Shown here one piece after another: positions 48,701 through 62,042 of a DNA stretch of 64,000 nucleotides. The stretch lies in assembly GCF_009914755.1 (NCBI RefSeq), contig NC_060929.1. The stretch is one strand, 5' to 3'. Made by a program: the position numbers and the translations under genes. Source of the stretch: the human T2T-CHM13v2.0 reference genome, Homo sapiens. Each line of letters begins with the position of its first letter. The stretch's first letter is position 1. Below the pieces are notes generated by a model. The model worked only from the letters and a program-made list of their open reading frames with translations. It was not told the DNA's origin and did not search any database.

Positions 48701-51700
48701 AAACACTCTGTTTGTAAATTCTGTAAGTGGATATTCTGACATCTTGTGGCCTTCGTTGGAAACGGGATTTCTTCATATTCTGCTAGACAGAAGAATTCTC
48801 AGAATCTTCCTTGTGTTGTGTGTATTCAACTCACACAGTTGAAGGATGGTTTACACAGAGCAGATTTGAAACACTCTTTTTGTGGAATTTGCAAGTGGAG
48901 ATTTCAGCCGCTTTGAGGTCAATGGTAGAAAAGGAAATATCTTCGTATAAAAACTAGACAGAATGATTCTCAGAAACTTCTTTGTGATGTGTGCGTTCAA
49001 CTCACAGAGTTTAACCTTTCTTTTCATAGAGCAGTTAGGAAACACTCTGTTTGTAAACTCTGCAAGTGGATATTCAGACCTCTTCGAGGCCTTCGTTGGA
49101 AACGGGATTTCTTCATACTGTGCTAGACAGAAGAATTCTCAGTAACTTCCTTGTGTTGTGTGTATTCAACTCACAGAGTTGAACGATCCTTTACACAGAG
49201 CAGACTTGGAACACTCTTTTTGTGGAATTTGCAAGTGGAGATTTCAGCCGCGTTGAGGTCAATGGTAGAAAAGGAAATATCTTCGTATAAAAACTAGACA
49301 GAATGATTCTCAGAAACTCCTTTGAGATGTGTGTGTTCAACTCACAGAGTTTAACCTTTCTTTTCATAGAGCAGTTAGGAATCACTCTGTTTGTAAAGTC
49401 TGCAAGTGGATATTCAGACCTCTTTGAGGCCTTCGTTGGAAACGGGTTTTTTTCATATAAGGCTAGACAGAAGAATTCCCAGTAACTTCCTTGTGTTGTG
49501 TGTGTTCAACTCACAGAGTTGAACTTTCATTTACACAGAGCAGGTTTGAAACACTCTTTTTGTGGAATTTGCAAATGGAGATTTCAAGCGCTTTGAGGCC
49601 AAAGGCAGAAAAGGAAATATCTTCGTATAAAAACTAGACAGAATCATTCTCAGAAACTGCTCTGCGATGTGTGCGTTCAACTCTCAGAGTTTAACTTTGC
49701 TTTTCATTCAGCAGTTTGGAAACACTCTGTTTGTAAAGTCTGCACGTGGATAATTTGACCACTTAGAGGCCTTCGTTGGAAACGGGTTTTTTTCATGTAA
49801 GGCTAGACAGAAGAATTCTCAGTAACTTCCTTGTGTTGTGTGTATTCAACTCACAGAGTTGAACGATCCTTTACACAGAGCAGACTTGTAACACTCTTTT
49901 TGTGGAATTTGCAAGTGGAGATTTCAGCCGCTTTGAAGTCAAATGTAGAAAAGGAAATATCTTCCTATAAAAACTAGACAGAATGATTCTCAGAAACTCC
50001 TTTGTGATGTGTGCGTTCAACTCACAGAGTTTAACCTTTCTTTTCATAGAGCAGTTAGGAAACACTCTGTTTGTAAAGTCTGCAAGTGGATATTCAGACC
50101 TCTTTGAGGCCTTCGTTGGAAACGGGTTTTTTTCATATAAGGCTAGACAGAAGAATTCCCAGTAACTTCCTTGTGTTGTGTGTGTTCAACTCACAGAGTT
50201 GAACTTTCATTTACACAGAGCAGATTTGAAACACTCTTTTTGTGGAATTTGCAAGTGGAGATTTCAAGCGCTTTGAGGCCAAAGGCAGAAAAGGAAATAT
50301 CTTCGTATAAAAACTAGACAGAATCATTCTCAGAAACTGCTCTGCGATGTGTGCGTTCAACTCTCAGAGTTTAACTTTTCTTTTCATTCAGCAGTTTGGA
50401 AACACTCTGTTTGTAAAGTCTGCACGTGGATAATTTGACCACTTAGAGGCCTTCGTTGGAAACGAGTTTTTTTCATGTAAGGCTAGACAGAAGAGTTCTC
50501 AGTAACTTCCTTGTGTTGTGTGTATTCAACTCACACAGTTGAACGATCCTTTACAGAGAGCAGACTTGTAACACTCTTTTTGTGGAATTTGCAAGTGGAG
50601 ATTTCAGCCGCTTTGAAGTCAAAGTAGAAAAGGAAATATCTTCCTATAAAAACTAGACAGAATGATTCTCAGAAACTCCTTTGTGATGTGTGCGTTCAAC
50701 TCACAGAGTTTAACCTTTCTTTTCATAGAGCAGTTAGGAAACACTCTGTTTGTAAAGTCTGCAAGTGGATATTCAGACCTCTTTGAGGCCTTCGTTGGAA
50801 ACGGGTTTTTTTCATATAAGGCTAGACAGAAGAATTCCCAGTAACTTCCTTGTGTTGTGTGTGTTCAACTCACAGAGTTGAACTTTCATTTACACAGAGC
50901 AGATTTGAAACACTCTTTTTGTGGAATTTGCAGGTGGAGATTTCAAGCGCTTTGAGGCCAAAGGCAGAAAAGGAAATATCTTCGTATAAAAACTAGACAG
51001 AATCATTCTCAGAAACTGCTCTGCGATGTGTGCGTTCAACTCTCAGAGTTTAACTTTTCTTTTCATTCAGCAGTTTGGAAACACTCTGTTTCTAAAGTCT
51101 ACACGTGGATAATTTGACCACTTAGAGGCCTTCGTTGGAAACGGGTTTTTTTCATGTAAGGCTAGACAGAAGAATTCTCAGTAACTTCCTTGTGTTGTGT
51201 GTATTCAACTCACAGAGTTGAACGATCCTTTACACAGAGCAGACTTGTAACACTCTTTTTGTGGAATTTGCAAGTGGAGATTTCAGCCGCCTTGAAGACA
51301 AAGGTAGAAAAGGAAATATCTTCCTATAAAAACTAGACAGAATGATTCTCAGAAACTCCTTTGTGATGTGTGCGTTCAACTCACAGAGTTTAACCTTTCT
51401 TTTCATAGAGCAGTTAGGAAACACTCTGCTTGTAAAGTCTGCAAGTGGATATTCAGACCTCTTTGAGGCCTTCGTTGGAAACGGGTTTTTTTCATATAAG
51501 GCTACACAGAAGAATTCCCAGTAACTTCCTTGTGTTGTGTGTGTTCAACTCACAGAGTTGAACTTTGATTTACACAGAGCAGATTTGAAACACTCTTTTT
51601 GTGGAATTTGCAAGTGGAGATTTCAAGCGCTTTGAGGCCAAAGGCAGAAAAGGAAATATCTTCGTATAAAAACTAGACAGAATCATTCTCAGAAACTGCT

Positions 51701-53210
51701 CTGCGATGTGTGCGTTCAACTCTCAGAGTTTAACTTTTCTTTTCATTCAGCAGTTTGGAAACACTCTGTTTGTAAAGTCTGCACGTGGATATTTTGACCA
51801 CTTAGAGGCCTTCGTTGGAAACGGGTTTTTTTCCTGTAAGGCTAGACAGAAGAATTCCCAGTAACTTCCTTGTGTTGTGTACATTGAACTCACAGAGTTG
51901 AACGTTCCCTTAGACAGAGCAGATTTGAAACACACTTTTTGTGCAATTGGCAAGTGGAGATTTCAAGCGCTTTAAGGTCAATGGCAGAAAAGGAAATATC
52001 TTCGTTTCAAAACTAGACAGAATCATTCCCACAAACTGCGTTGTGATGTGTTCGTTCATCTCACAGAGTTTAACCTTTCTTTTCATAGAGCAGTTAGGAA
52101 ACACTCTGTTTGTAAATTCTGTAAGTGGATATTCTGACATCTTGTGGCCTTCGTTGGAAACGGGATTTCTTCATATTCTGCTAGACAGAAGAATTCTCAG
52201 AATCTTCCTTGTGTTGTGTGTATTCAACTCACACAGTTGAACGATGGTTTACACAGAGCAGATTTGAAACACTCTTTTTGTGGAATTTGCAAGTGGAGAT
52301 TTCAGCCGCTTTGAGGTCAATGGTAGAAAAGGAAATATCTTCGTATAAAAACTAGACAGAATGATTCTCAGAAACTTCTTTGTGATGTGTGCGTTCAACT
52401 CACAGAGTTTAACCTTTCTTTTCATAGAGCAGTTAGGAAACACTCTGTTTGTAAACTCTGCAAGTGGATATTCAGACCTCTTTGAGGCCTTCGTTGGAAA
52501 CGGGATTTCTTCATACTGTGCTAGACAGAAGAATTCTCAGTAACTTCCTTGTGTTGTGTGTATTCAAGTCACAGAGTTGAACGATCCTTTACACAGAGCA
52601 GACTTGTAACACTCTTTTTGTGGAATTTGCAAGTGGAGATTTCAGCCGCGTTGAGGTCAATGGTAGAAAAGGAAATATCTTCGTATAAAAACTAGACAGA
52701 ATGATTCTCAGAAACTCCTTTGAGATGTGTGTGTTCAACTCACAGAGTTTAACCTTTCTTTTCATAGAGCAGTTAGGAATCACTCTGTTTGTAAAGTCTG
52801 CAAGTGGATATTCAGACCTCTTTGAGGCCTTCGTTGGAAACGGGTTTTTTTCATATAAGGCTAGACAGAAGAATTCCCAGTAACTTCCTTGTGTTGTGTG
52901 TGTTCAACTCACAGAGTTGAACTTTCATTTACACAGAGCAGATTTGAAACACTCTTTTTGTGGAATTTGCAAATGGAGATTTCAAGCGCTTTGAGGCCAA
53001 AGGCAGAAAAGGAAATATCTTCGTATAAAAACTAGACAGAATCATTCTCAGAAACTGCTCTGCGATGTGTGCGTTCAACTCTCAGAGTTTAACTTTGCTT
53101 TTCATTCAGCAGTTTGGAAACACTCTGTTTGTAAAGTCTGCACGTGGATATTTTGACCACTTAGAGGCCTTCGTTGGAAACGTGTTTTTTTCCTGTAAGG
53201 CTAGACAGAA

Positions 53211-54568
53211 GAATTCCCAGTAACTTCCTTGTGTTGTGTACATTCAACTCACAGAGTTGAACGTTCCCTTAGACAGAGCAGATTTGAAACACTCTTTTTG
53301 TGCAATTGGCAAGTGGAGATTTCAAGCGCTTTGTGGTCAATGGCAGAAAAGGAAATATCTTCGTTTCAAAACTAGACAGAATCATTCCCACAAACTGCGT
53401 TGTGATGTGTTCGTTCAACTCACAGAGTTTAACCTTTCTTTTCATAGAGCAGTTAGGAAACAGTCTGTTTGAAAATTCTGTAAGGGGATATTCTGACATC
53501 TTGTGGCCTTCGTTGGAAACGGGATTTCTTCATATTCTGCTAGACAGAAGAATTCTCAGAATCTTCCTTGTGTTGTGTGTATTCAACTCACAGAGTTGAA
53601 CGATAGTTTACACAGAGCAGATTTGAAACACTCATTTGGTGGAATTTGCAAGTGGAGATTTCAGCCGCTTTGAGGTCAATGGTAGAAAAGGAAATATCTT
53701 CGTATAACAACTAGACAGAATGATTCTCAGAAACTTCTTTGTGATGTGTGTGTTCAACTCACAGTGTTTAACCTTTCTTTTCATAGAGCAGTTAGGAAAC
53801 ACTGTGTTTTTAAACTCTGCAAGTGGATATTCAGACCTCTTTGAGGCCTTCGTTGGAAACGGGTTTCTTCATACTGTGCTAGACAGAAGAATTCTCAGTA
53901 ACTTCCTTGTGTTGTGTGTATTCAACTCACAGAGTTGAACGATCCTTTACACAGAGCAGACTTGAAACACTCTTTTTGTGGAATTTGCAAGTGGAGATTT
54001 CAGCCGCGTTGAGGTCAATGGTAGAAAAGGAAATATCTTCCTATAAAAACTAGACAGAATGATTCTCAGAAACTCCTTTGTGATGTGTGTGTTCAACTCA
54101 CAGAGTTTAACATTTCTTTTCATAGAGCAGTTAGGAAACACTCTGTTTGTAAAGTCTGCAAGTGGATATTCAGACCTCTTTGAGGCCTTCGTTGGAAACG
54201 GGTTTTTTTCATATAAGGCTAGACAGAAGAATTCCCAGTAACTTCCTTGTGTTGTGTGTGTTCAACTCACAGAGTTGAACTTTGATTTACACAGAGCAGA
54301 TTTGAAACACTCTTTTTGTGGAATTTGCAAGTGGAGATTTCAAGCGCTTTGAGGCCAAAGGCAGAAAAGGAAATATCTTCGTATAAAAACTGGACAGAAT
54401 CATTCTCAGAAACTGCTCTGCGATGTGTGCGTTCAACTCTCAGAGTTTAACTTTTCTTTTCATTCAGCAGTTTGGAAACACTCTGTTTGTAAAGTCTGCA
54501 CGTGGATATTTTGACCACTTAGAGGCCTTCGTTGGAAACGGGTTTTTTTCCTGTAAGGCTAGACAGAA
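53211..54568 (+). repeat. 8-mer HOR unit C-D-A-B (1358 bp), minimal form of C-D-(A-B)n
   Basis: C-to-C spacings of 1358-1359 bp at 51941-53300, 53300-54658 and 57376-58734; dimer order read directly. Confidence 0.85.
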
Positions 54569-57500
54569 GAATTCCCAGTAACTTCCTTGTGTTGTGTACA
54601 TTCAACTAACAGAGTTGAACGTTCCCTTAGACAGAGCAGATTTGAAACACACTTTTTGTGCAATTGGCAAGTGGAGATTTCAAGCGCTTTAAGGTCAATG
54701 GCATAAAAGGAAATATCTTCGTTTCAAAACTAGACAGAATCATTCCCACAAACTGCGTTGTGATGTGTTCGTTCATCTCACAGAGTTTAACCTTTCTTTT
54801 CATAGTGCAGTTAGGAAACACTCTGTTTGTAAATTCTGTAAGTGGATATTCTGACATCTTGTGGCCTTCGTTGGAAACGGGATTTCTTCATATTCTGCTA
54901 GACAGAAGAATTCTCAGAATCTTCCTTGTGTTGTGTGTATTCAACTCACACAGTTGAACGATGGTTTACACAGAGCAGATTTGAAACACTATTTTTGTGG
55001 AATTTGCAAGTGGAGATTTCAGCCGCTTTGAGGTCAATGGTAGAAAAGGAAATATCTTCGTATAAAAACTAGACAGAATGATTCTCAGAAACTTCTTTGT
55101 GATGTGTGCGTTCAACTCACAGAGTTTAACCTTTCTTTTCATAGAGCAGTTAGGAAACACTCTGTTTGTAAACTCTGCAAGTGGATATTCAGACCTCTTT
55201 GAGGCCTTCGTTGGAAACGGGATTTCTTCATACTGTGCTAGACAGAAGAATTCTCAGTAACTTCCTTGTGTTGTGTATATTCAACTCACAGAGTTGAACG
55301 ATCCTTTACACAGAGCAGATTTGAAACACTCTTTTTGTGGAATTTGCAAATGGAGATTTCAAGCGCTTTGAGGCCAAAGGCAGAAAAGGAAATATCTTCG
55401 TATAAAAACTAGACAGAATCATTCTCAGAAACTGCTCTGCGATGTGTGCGTTCAACTCTCAGAGTTTAACTTTGCTTTTCATTCAGCAGTTTGGAAACAC
55501 TCTGTTTGTAAAGTCTGCACGTGGATAATTTGACCACTTAGAGGCCTTCGTTGGAAACGGGTTTTTTTCATGTAAGGCTAGACAGAAGAATTCTCAGTAA
55601 CTTCCTTGTGTTGTGTGTATTCAACTCAAAGAGTTGAACGATCCTTTACACAGAGCAGACTTGTAACACTCTTTTTGTGGAATTTGCAAGTGGAGATTTC
55701 AGCCGCTTTGAAGTCAAAGGTAGAAAAGGAAATATCTTCCTATAAAAACTAGACAGAATGATTCTCAGAAACTCCTTTGTGATGTGTGCGTTCAACTCAC
55801 AGAGTTTAACCTTTCTTTTCATAGAGGAGTTAGGAAACACTCTGTTTGTAAAGTCTGCAAGTGGATATTCAGACCTGTTTGAGGCCTTCGTTGGAAACGG
55901 GTTTTTTTCATATAAGGCTAGACAGAAGAATTCCCAGTAACTTCCTTGTGTTGTGTGTGTTCAACTCACAGAGTTGAACTTTCATTTACACAGAGCAGAT
56001 TTGAAAAACTCTTTTTGTGGAATTTGCAATTGGAGATTTCAAGCGCTTTGAGGCCAAAGGCAGAAAAGGAAATATCTTCGTATAAAAACTAGACAGAATC
56101 ATTCTCAGAAACTGCTCTGTGATGTGTGCGTTCAACTCTCAGAGTTTAACTTTTCTTTTCATTCAGCAGTTTGGAAACACTCTGTTTGTAAAGTCTGCAC
56201 GTGGATAATTGGACCACTTAGAGGCCTTCATTGGAAACGGGTTTTTTTCATGTATGGCTAGACAGAAGAGTTCTCAGTAACTTCCTTGTGTTGTGTGTAT
56301 TCAACTCACACAGTTGAACGATCCTTTACAGAGAGCAGACTTGTAACACTCTTTTTGTGGAATTTGCAAGTGGAGATTTCAGCCGCTTTGAAGTCAAAGT
56401 AGAAAAGGAAATATCTTCCTATAAAAACTAGACAGAATGATTCTCAGAAACTCCTTTGTGATGTGTGCGTTCAACTCACAGAGTTTAACCTTTCTTTTCA
56501 TAGAGCAGTTAGGAAACACTCTGTTTGTAAAGTCTGCAAGTGGATATTCAGACCTCTTTGAGGCCTTCGTTGGAAACGGGTTTTTTTCATGTAAGGCTAG
56601 ACAGAAGAATTCCCAGTAACTTCCTTGTGTTGTGTGTGTTCAACTCACAGAGTTGAACTTTCATTTACACAGAGCAGATTTGAAACACTCTTTTTGTGGA
56701 ATTTGCAGGTGGAGATTTCAAGCGCTTTGAGGCCAAAGGCAGAAAAGGAAATATCTTCGTATAAAAACTAGACAGAATCATTCTCAGAAACTCCTTTGTG
56801 ATGTGTGCGTTCAACTCACAGAGTTTAACCTTTCTTTTCATAGAGCAGTTAGGAAACACTCTGCTTGTAAAGTCTGCAAGTGGATATTCAGCCCTCTTTG
56901 AGGCCTTCGTTGGAAACGGGTTTTTTTCATATAAGGCTAGACAGAAGAATTCCCAGTAACTTCCTTGTGTTGTGTGTGTTCAACTCACAGAGTTGAACTT
57001 TGATTTACACAGAGCAGATTTGAAACACTCTTTTTGTGGAATTTGCAAGTGGAGATTTCAAGCGCTTTGAGGCCAAAGGCAGAAAAGGAAATATCTTCGT
57101 ATAAAAACTAGACAGAATCATTCTCAGAAACTGCTCTGCGATGTGTGCGTTCAACTCTCAGAGTTTAACTTTTCTTTTCATTCAGCAGTTTGGAAACACT
57201 CTGTTTGTAAAGTCTGCACGTGGATATTTTGACCACTTAGAGGCCTTCGTTGGAATCGGGTTTTTTTCCTGTAAGGCTAGACAGAAGAATTCCCAGTAAC
57301 TTCCTTGTGTTGTGTACATTCAACTCACAGAGTTGAACGTTCCCTTAGACAGAGCAGATTTGAAACACTCTTTTTGTGCAATTGGCAAGTGGAGATTTCA
57401 AGCGCTTTGAGGTCAATGGCAGAAAAGGAAATATCTTCGTTTCAAAACTAGACAGAATCATTCCCACAAACTGCGTTGTGATGTGTTCGTTCAACTCACA

Positions 57501-58644
57501 GAGTTTAACCTTTCTTTTCATAGAGCAGTTAGGAAACAGTCTGTTTGAAAATTCTGTAAGGGGATATTCTGACATCTTGTGGCCTTCGTTGGAAACGGGA
57601 TTTCTTCATATTCTGCTAGACAGAAGAATTCTCAGAATCTTCCTTGTGTTGTGTGTATTCAACTCACAGAGTTGAACGATAGTTTACACAGAGCAGATTT
57701 GAAACACTCATTTGGTGGAATTTGCAAGTGGAGATTTCAGCCGCTTTGAGGTCAATGGTAGAAAAGGAAATATCTTCGTATAACAACTAGACAGAATGAT
57801 TCTCAGAAACTTCTTTGTGATGTGTGTGTTCAACTCACAGTGTTTAACCTTTCTTTTCATAGAGCAGTTAGGAAACACTGTGTTTTTAAACTCTGCAAGT
57901 GGATATTCAGACCTCTTTGAGGCCTTCGTTGGAAACGGGTTTCTTCATACTGTGCTAGACAGAAGAATTCTCAGTAACTTCCTTGTGTTGTGTGTATTCA
58001 ACTCACAGAGTTGAACGATCCTTTACACAGAGCAGACTTGAAACACTCTTTTTGTGGAATTTGCAAGTGGAGATTTCAGCCGCGTTGAGGTCAATGGTAG
58101 AAAAGGAAATATCTTCCTATAAAAACTAGACAGAATGATTCTCAGAAACTCCTTTGTGATGTGTGTGTTCAACTCACAGAGTTTAACATTTCTTTTCATA
58201 GAGCAGTTAGGAAACACTCTGTTTGTAAAGTCTGCAAGTGGATATTCAGACCTCTTTGAGGCCTTCGTTGGAAACGGGTTTTTTTCATATAAGGCTAGAC
58301 AGAAGAATTCCCAGTAACTTCCTTGTGTTGTGTGTGTTCAACTCACAGAGTTGAACTTTGATTTACACAGAGCAGATTTGAAACACTCTTTTTGTGGAAT
58401 TTGCAAGTGGAGATTTCAAGCGCTTTGAGGCCAAAGGCAGAAAAGGAAATATCTTCGTATAAAAACTGGACAGAATCATTCTCAGAAACTGCTCTGCGAT
58501 GTGTGCGTTCAACTCTCAGAGTTTAACTTTTCTTTTCATTCAGCAGTTTGGAAACACTCTGTTTGTAAAGTCTGCACGTGGATATTTTGACCACTTAGAG
58601 GCCTTCGTTGGAAACGGGTTTTTTTCCTGTAAGGCTAGACAGAA

Positions 58645-61600
58645 GAATTCCCAGTAACTTCCTTGTGTTGTGTACATTCAACTCACAGAGTTGAACGTTC
58701 CCTTAGACAGAGCAGATTTGAAACACACTTTTTGTGCAATTGGCAAGTGGAGATTTCAAGCGCTTTAAGGTCAATGGCAGAAAAGGAAATATCTTCGTTT
58801 CAAAACTAGACAGAATCATTCCCACAAACTGCGTTGTGATGTGTTCGTTCATCTCACAGAGTTTAACCTTTCTTTTCATAGTGCAGTTAGGAAACACTCT
58901 GTTTGTAAATTCTGTAAGTGGATATTCTGACATCTTGTGGCCTTCGTTGGAAACGGGATTTCTTCATATTCTGCTAGACAGAAGAATTCTCAGAATCTTC
59001 CTTGTGTTGTGTGTATTCAACTCACACAGTTGAACGATGGTTTACACAGAGCAGATTTGAAACACTCTTTTTGTGGAATTTGCAAGTGGAGATTTCAGCC
59101 GCTTTGAGGTCAATGGTAGAAAAGGAAATATCTTCGTATAAAAACTAGACAGAATGATTCTCAGAAACTTCTTTGTGATGTGTGCGTTCAACTCACAGAG
59201 TTTAACCTTTCTTTTCATAGAGCAGTTAGGAAACACTCTGTTTGTAAACTCTGCAAGTGGATATTCAGACCTCTTTGAGGCCTTCGTTGGAAACGGGATT
59301 TCTTCATACTGTGCTAGACAGAAGAATTCTCAGTAACTTCCTTGTGTTGTGTATATTCAACTCACAGAGTTGAACGATCCTTTACACAGAACAGACTTGA
59401 AACACTCTTTTTGTGGAATTTGCAAGTGGAGATTTCAGCCGCGTTGAGGTCAATGGTAGAAAAGGAAATATCTTCGTATAAAAACTAGACAGAATGATTC
59501 TCAGAAACTCCTTTGAGATGTGTGTGTTCAACTCACAGAGTTTAACCTTTCTTTTCATAGAGCAGTTAGGAATCACTCTGTTTGTAAAGTCTGCAAGTGG
59601 ATATTCAGACCTCTTTGAGGCCTTCGTTGGAAACGGGTTTTTTTCATATAAGGCTAGACAGAAGAATTCCCAGTAACTTCCTTGTGTTGTGTGTGTTCAA
59701 CTCACAGAGTTGAACTTTCATTTACACAGAGCAGATTTGAAACACTCTTTTTGTGGAATTTGCAAATGGAGATTTCAAGCGCTTTGAGGCCAAAGGCAGA
59801 AAAGGAAATATCTTCGTATAAAAACTAGACAGAATCATTCTCAGAAACTGCTCTGCGATGTGTGCGTTCAACTCTCAGAGTTTAACTTTGCTTTTCATTC
59901 AGCAGTTTGGAAACACTCTGTTTGTAAAGTCTGCACGTGGATAATTTGACCACTTAGAGGCCTTCGTTGGAAACGGGTTTTTTTCATGTAAGGCTAGACA
60001 GAAGAATTCTCAGTAACTTCCTTGTGTTGTGTGTATTCAACTCACACAGTTGAACGATCCTTTACACAGAGCAGACTTGTAACACTCTTTTTGTGGAATT
60101 TGCAAGTGGAGATTTCAGCCGCTTTGAAGTCAAAGGTAGAAAAGGAAATATCTTCCTATAAAAACTACACAGAATGATTCTCAGAAACTCCTTTGTGATG
60201 TGTGCGTTCAACTCACAGAGTTTAACCTTTCTTTTCATAGAGGAGTTAGAAAACACTCTGTTTGTAAAGTCTGCAAGTGGATATTCAGACCTCTTTGAGG
60301 CCTTCGTTGGAAACGGGTTTTTTTCATATAAGGCTAGACAGAAGAATTCCCAGTAACTTCCTTGTGTTGTGTGTGTTCAACTCACAGAGTTGAACTTTCA
60401 TTTACACAGAGCAGATTTGAAACACTCTTTTTGTGGAATTTGCAAGTGGAGATTTCAAGCGCTTTGAGGCCAAAGGCAGAAAAGGAAATATCTTCGTATA
60501 AAAACTAGACAGAATCATTCTCAGAAACTGCTCTGTGATGTGTGCGTTCAACTCTCAGAGTTTAACCTTTCTTTTCATTCAGCAGTTTGGAAACACTCTG
60601 TTTGTAAAGTCTGCACGTGGATAATTTGACCACTTAGAGGCCTTCGTTGGAAACGGGTTTTTTTCATGTAAGGCTAGACAGAAGAGTTCTCAGTAACTTC
60701 CTTGTGTTGTGTGTATTCAACTCACACGGTTGAACGATCCTTTACACAGAGCAGACTTGTAACACTCTTTTTGTGGAATTTGCAAGTGGAGATTTCAGCC
60801 GCTTTGAAGTCAAAGTAGAAAAGGAAATATCTTCCTATAAAAACTAGACAGAATGATTCTCAGAAACTCCTTTGTGATGTGTGCGTTCAACTCACAGAGT
60901 TTAACCTTTCTTTTCATAGAGCAGTTAGGAAACACTCTGTTTGTAAAGTCTGCAAGTGGATATTCAGACCTCTTTGAGGCCTTCGTTGGAAACGGGTTTT
61001 TTTCATATAAGGCTAGACAGAAGAATTCCCAGTAACTTCCTTGTGTTGTGTGTGTTCAACTCACAGAGTTGAACTTTCATTTACACAGAGCAGATTTGAA
61101 ACACTCTTTTTGTGGAATTTGCAGGTGGAGATTTCAAGCGCTTTGAGGCCAAAGGCAGAAAAGGAAATATCTTCGTATAAAAACTAGACAGAATCATTCT
61201 CAGAAACTGCTCTGCGATGTGTGCGTTCAACTCTCAGAGTTTAACTTTTCTTTTCATTCAGCAGTTTGGAAACACTCTGTTTGTAAAGTCTGCACGTGGA
61301 TAATTTGACCACTTAGAGGCCTTCGTTGGAAACGGGTTTTTTTCATGTAAGGCTAGACAGAAGAATTCTCAGTAACTTCCTTGTGTTGTGTGTATTCAAC
61401 TCACAGAGTTGAACGATCCTTTACACAGAGCAGACTTGTAACACTCTTTTTGTGGAATTTGCAAGTGGAGATTTCAGCCGCTTTGAAGTCAAAGGTAGAA
61501 AAGGAAATATCTTCCTATAAAAACTAGACAGAATGATTCTCAGAAACTCCTTTGTGATGTGTGCGTTCAACTCACAGAGTTTAACCTTTCTTTTCATAGA

Positions 61601-62042
61601 GCAGTTAGGAAACACTCTGCTTGTAAAGTCTGCAAGTGGATATTCAGCCCTCTTTGAGGCCTTCGTTGGAAACGGGTTTTTTTCATATAAGGCTAGACAG
61701 AAGAATTCCCAGTAACTTCCTTGTGTTGTGTGTGTTCAACTCACAGAGTTGAACTTTGATTTACACAGAGCAGATTTGAAACACTCTTTTTGTGGAATTT
61801 GCAAGTGGAGATTTCAAGCGCTTTGAGGCCAAAGGCAGAAAAGGAAATATCTTCGTATGAAAACTAGACAGAATCATTCTCAGAAACTGCTCTGCGATGT
61901 GTGCGTTCAACTCTCAGAGTTTAACTTTTCTTTTCATTCAGCAGTTTGGAAACACTCTGTTTGTAAAGTCTGCACGTGGATATTTTGACCACTTAGAGGC
62001 CTTCGTTGGAAACGGGTTTTTTTCCTGTAAGGCTAGACAGAA
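58645..62042 (+). repeat. 20-mer HOR unit C-D-(A-B)4 (3398 bp)
   Basis: C-to-C spacing of 3396-3398 bp occurs six times, after the C dimers at 4038, 22383, 37670, 45145, 48543 and 58734. Confidence 0.85.
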
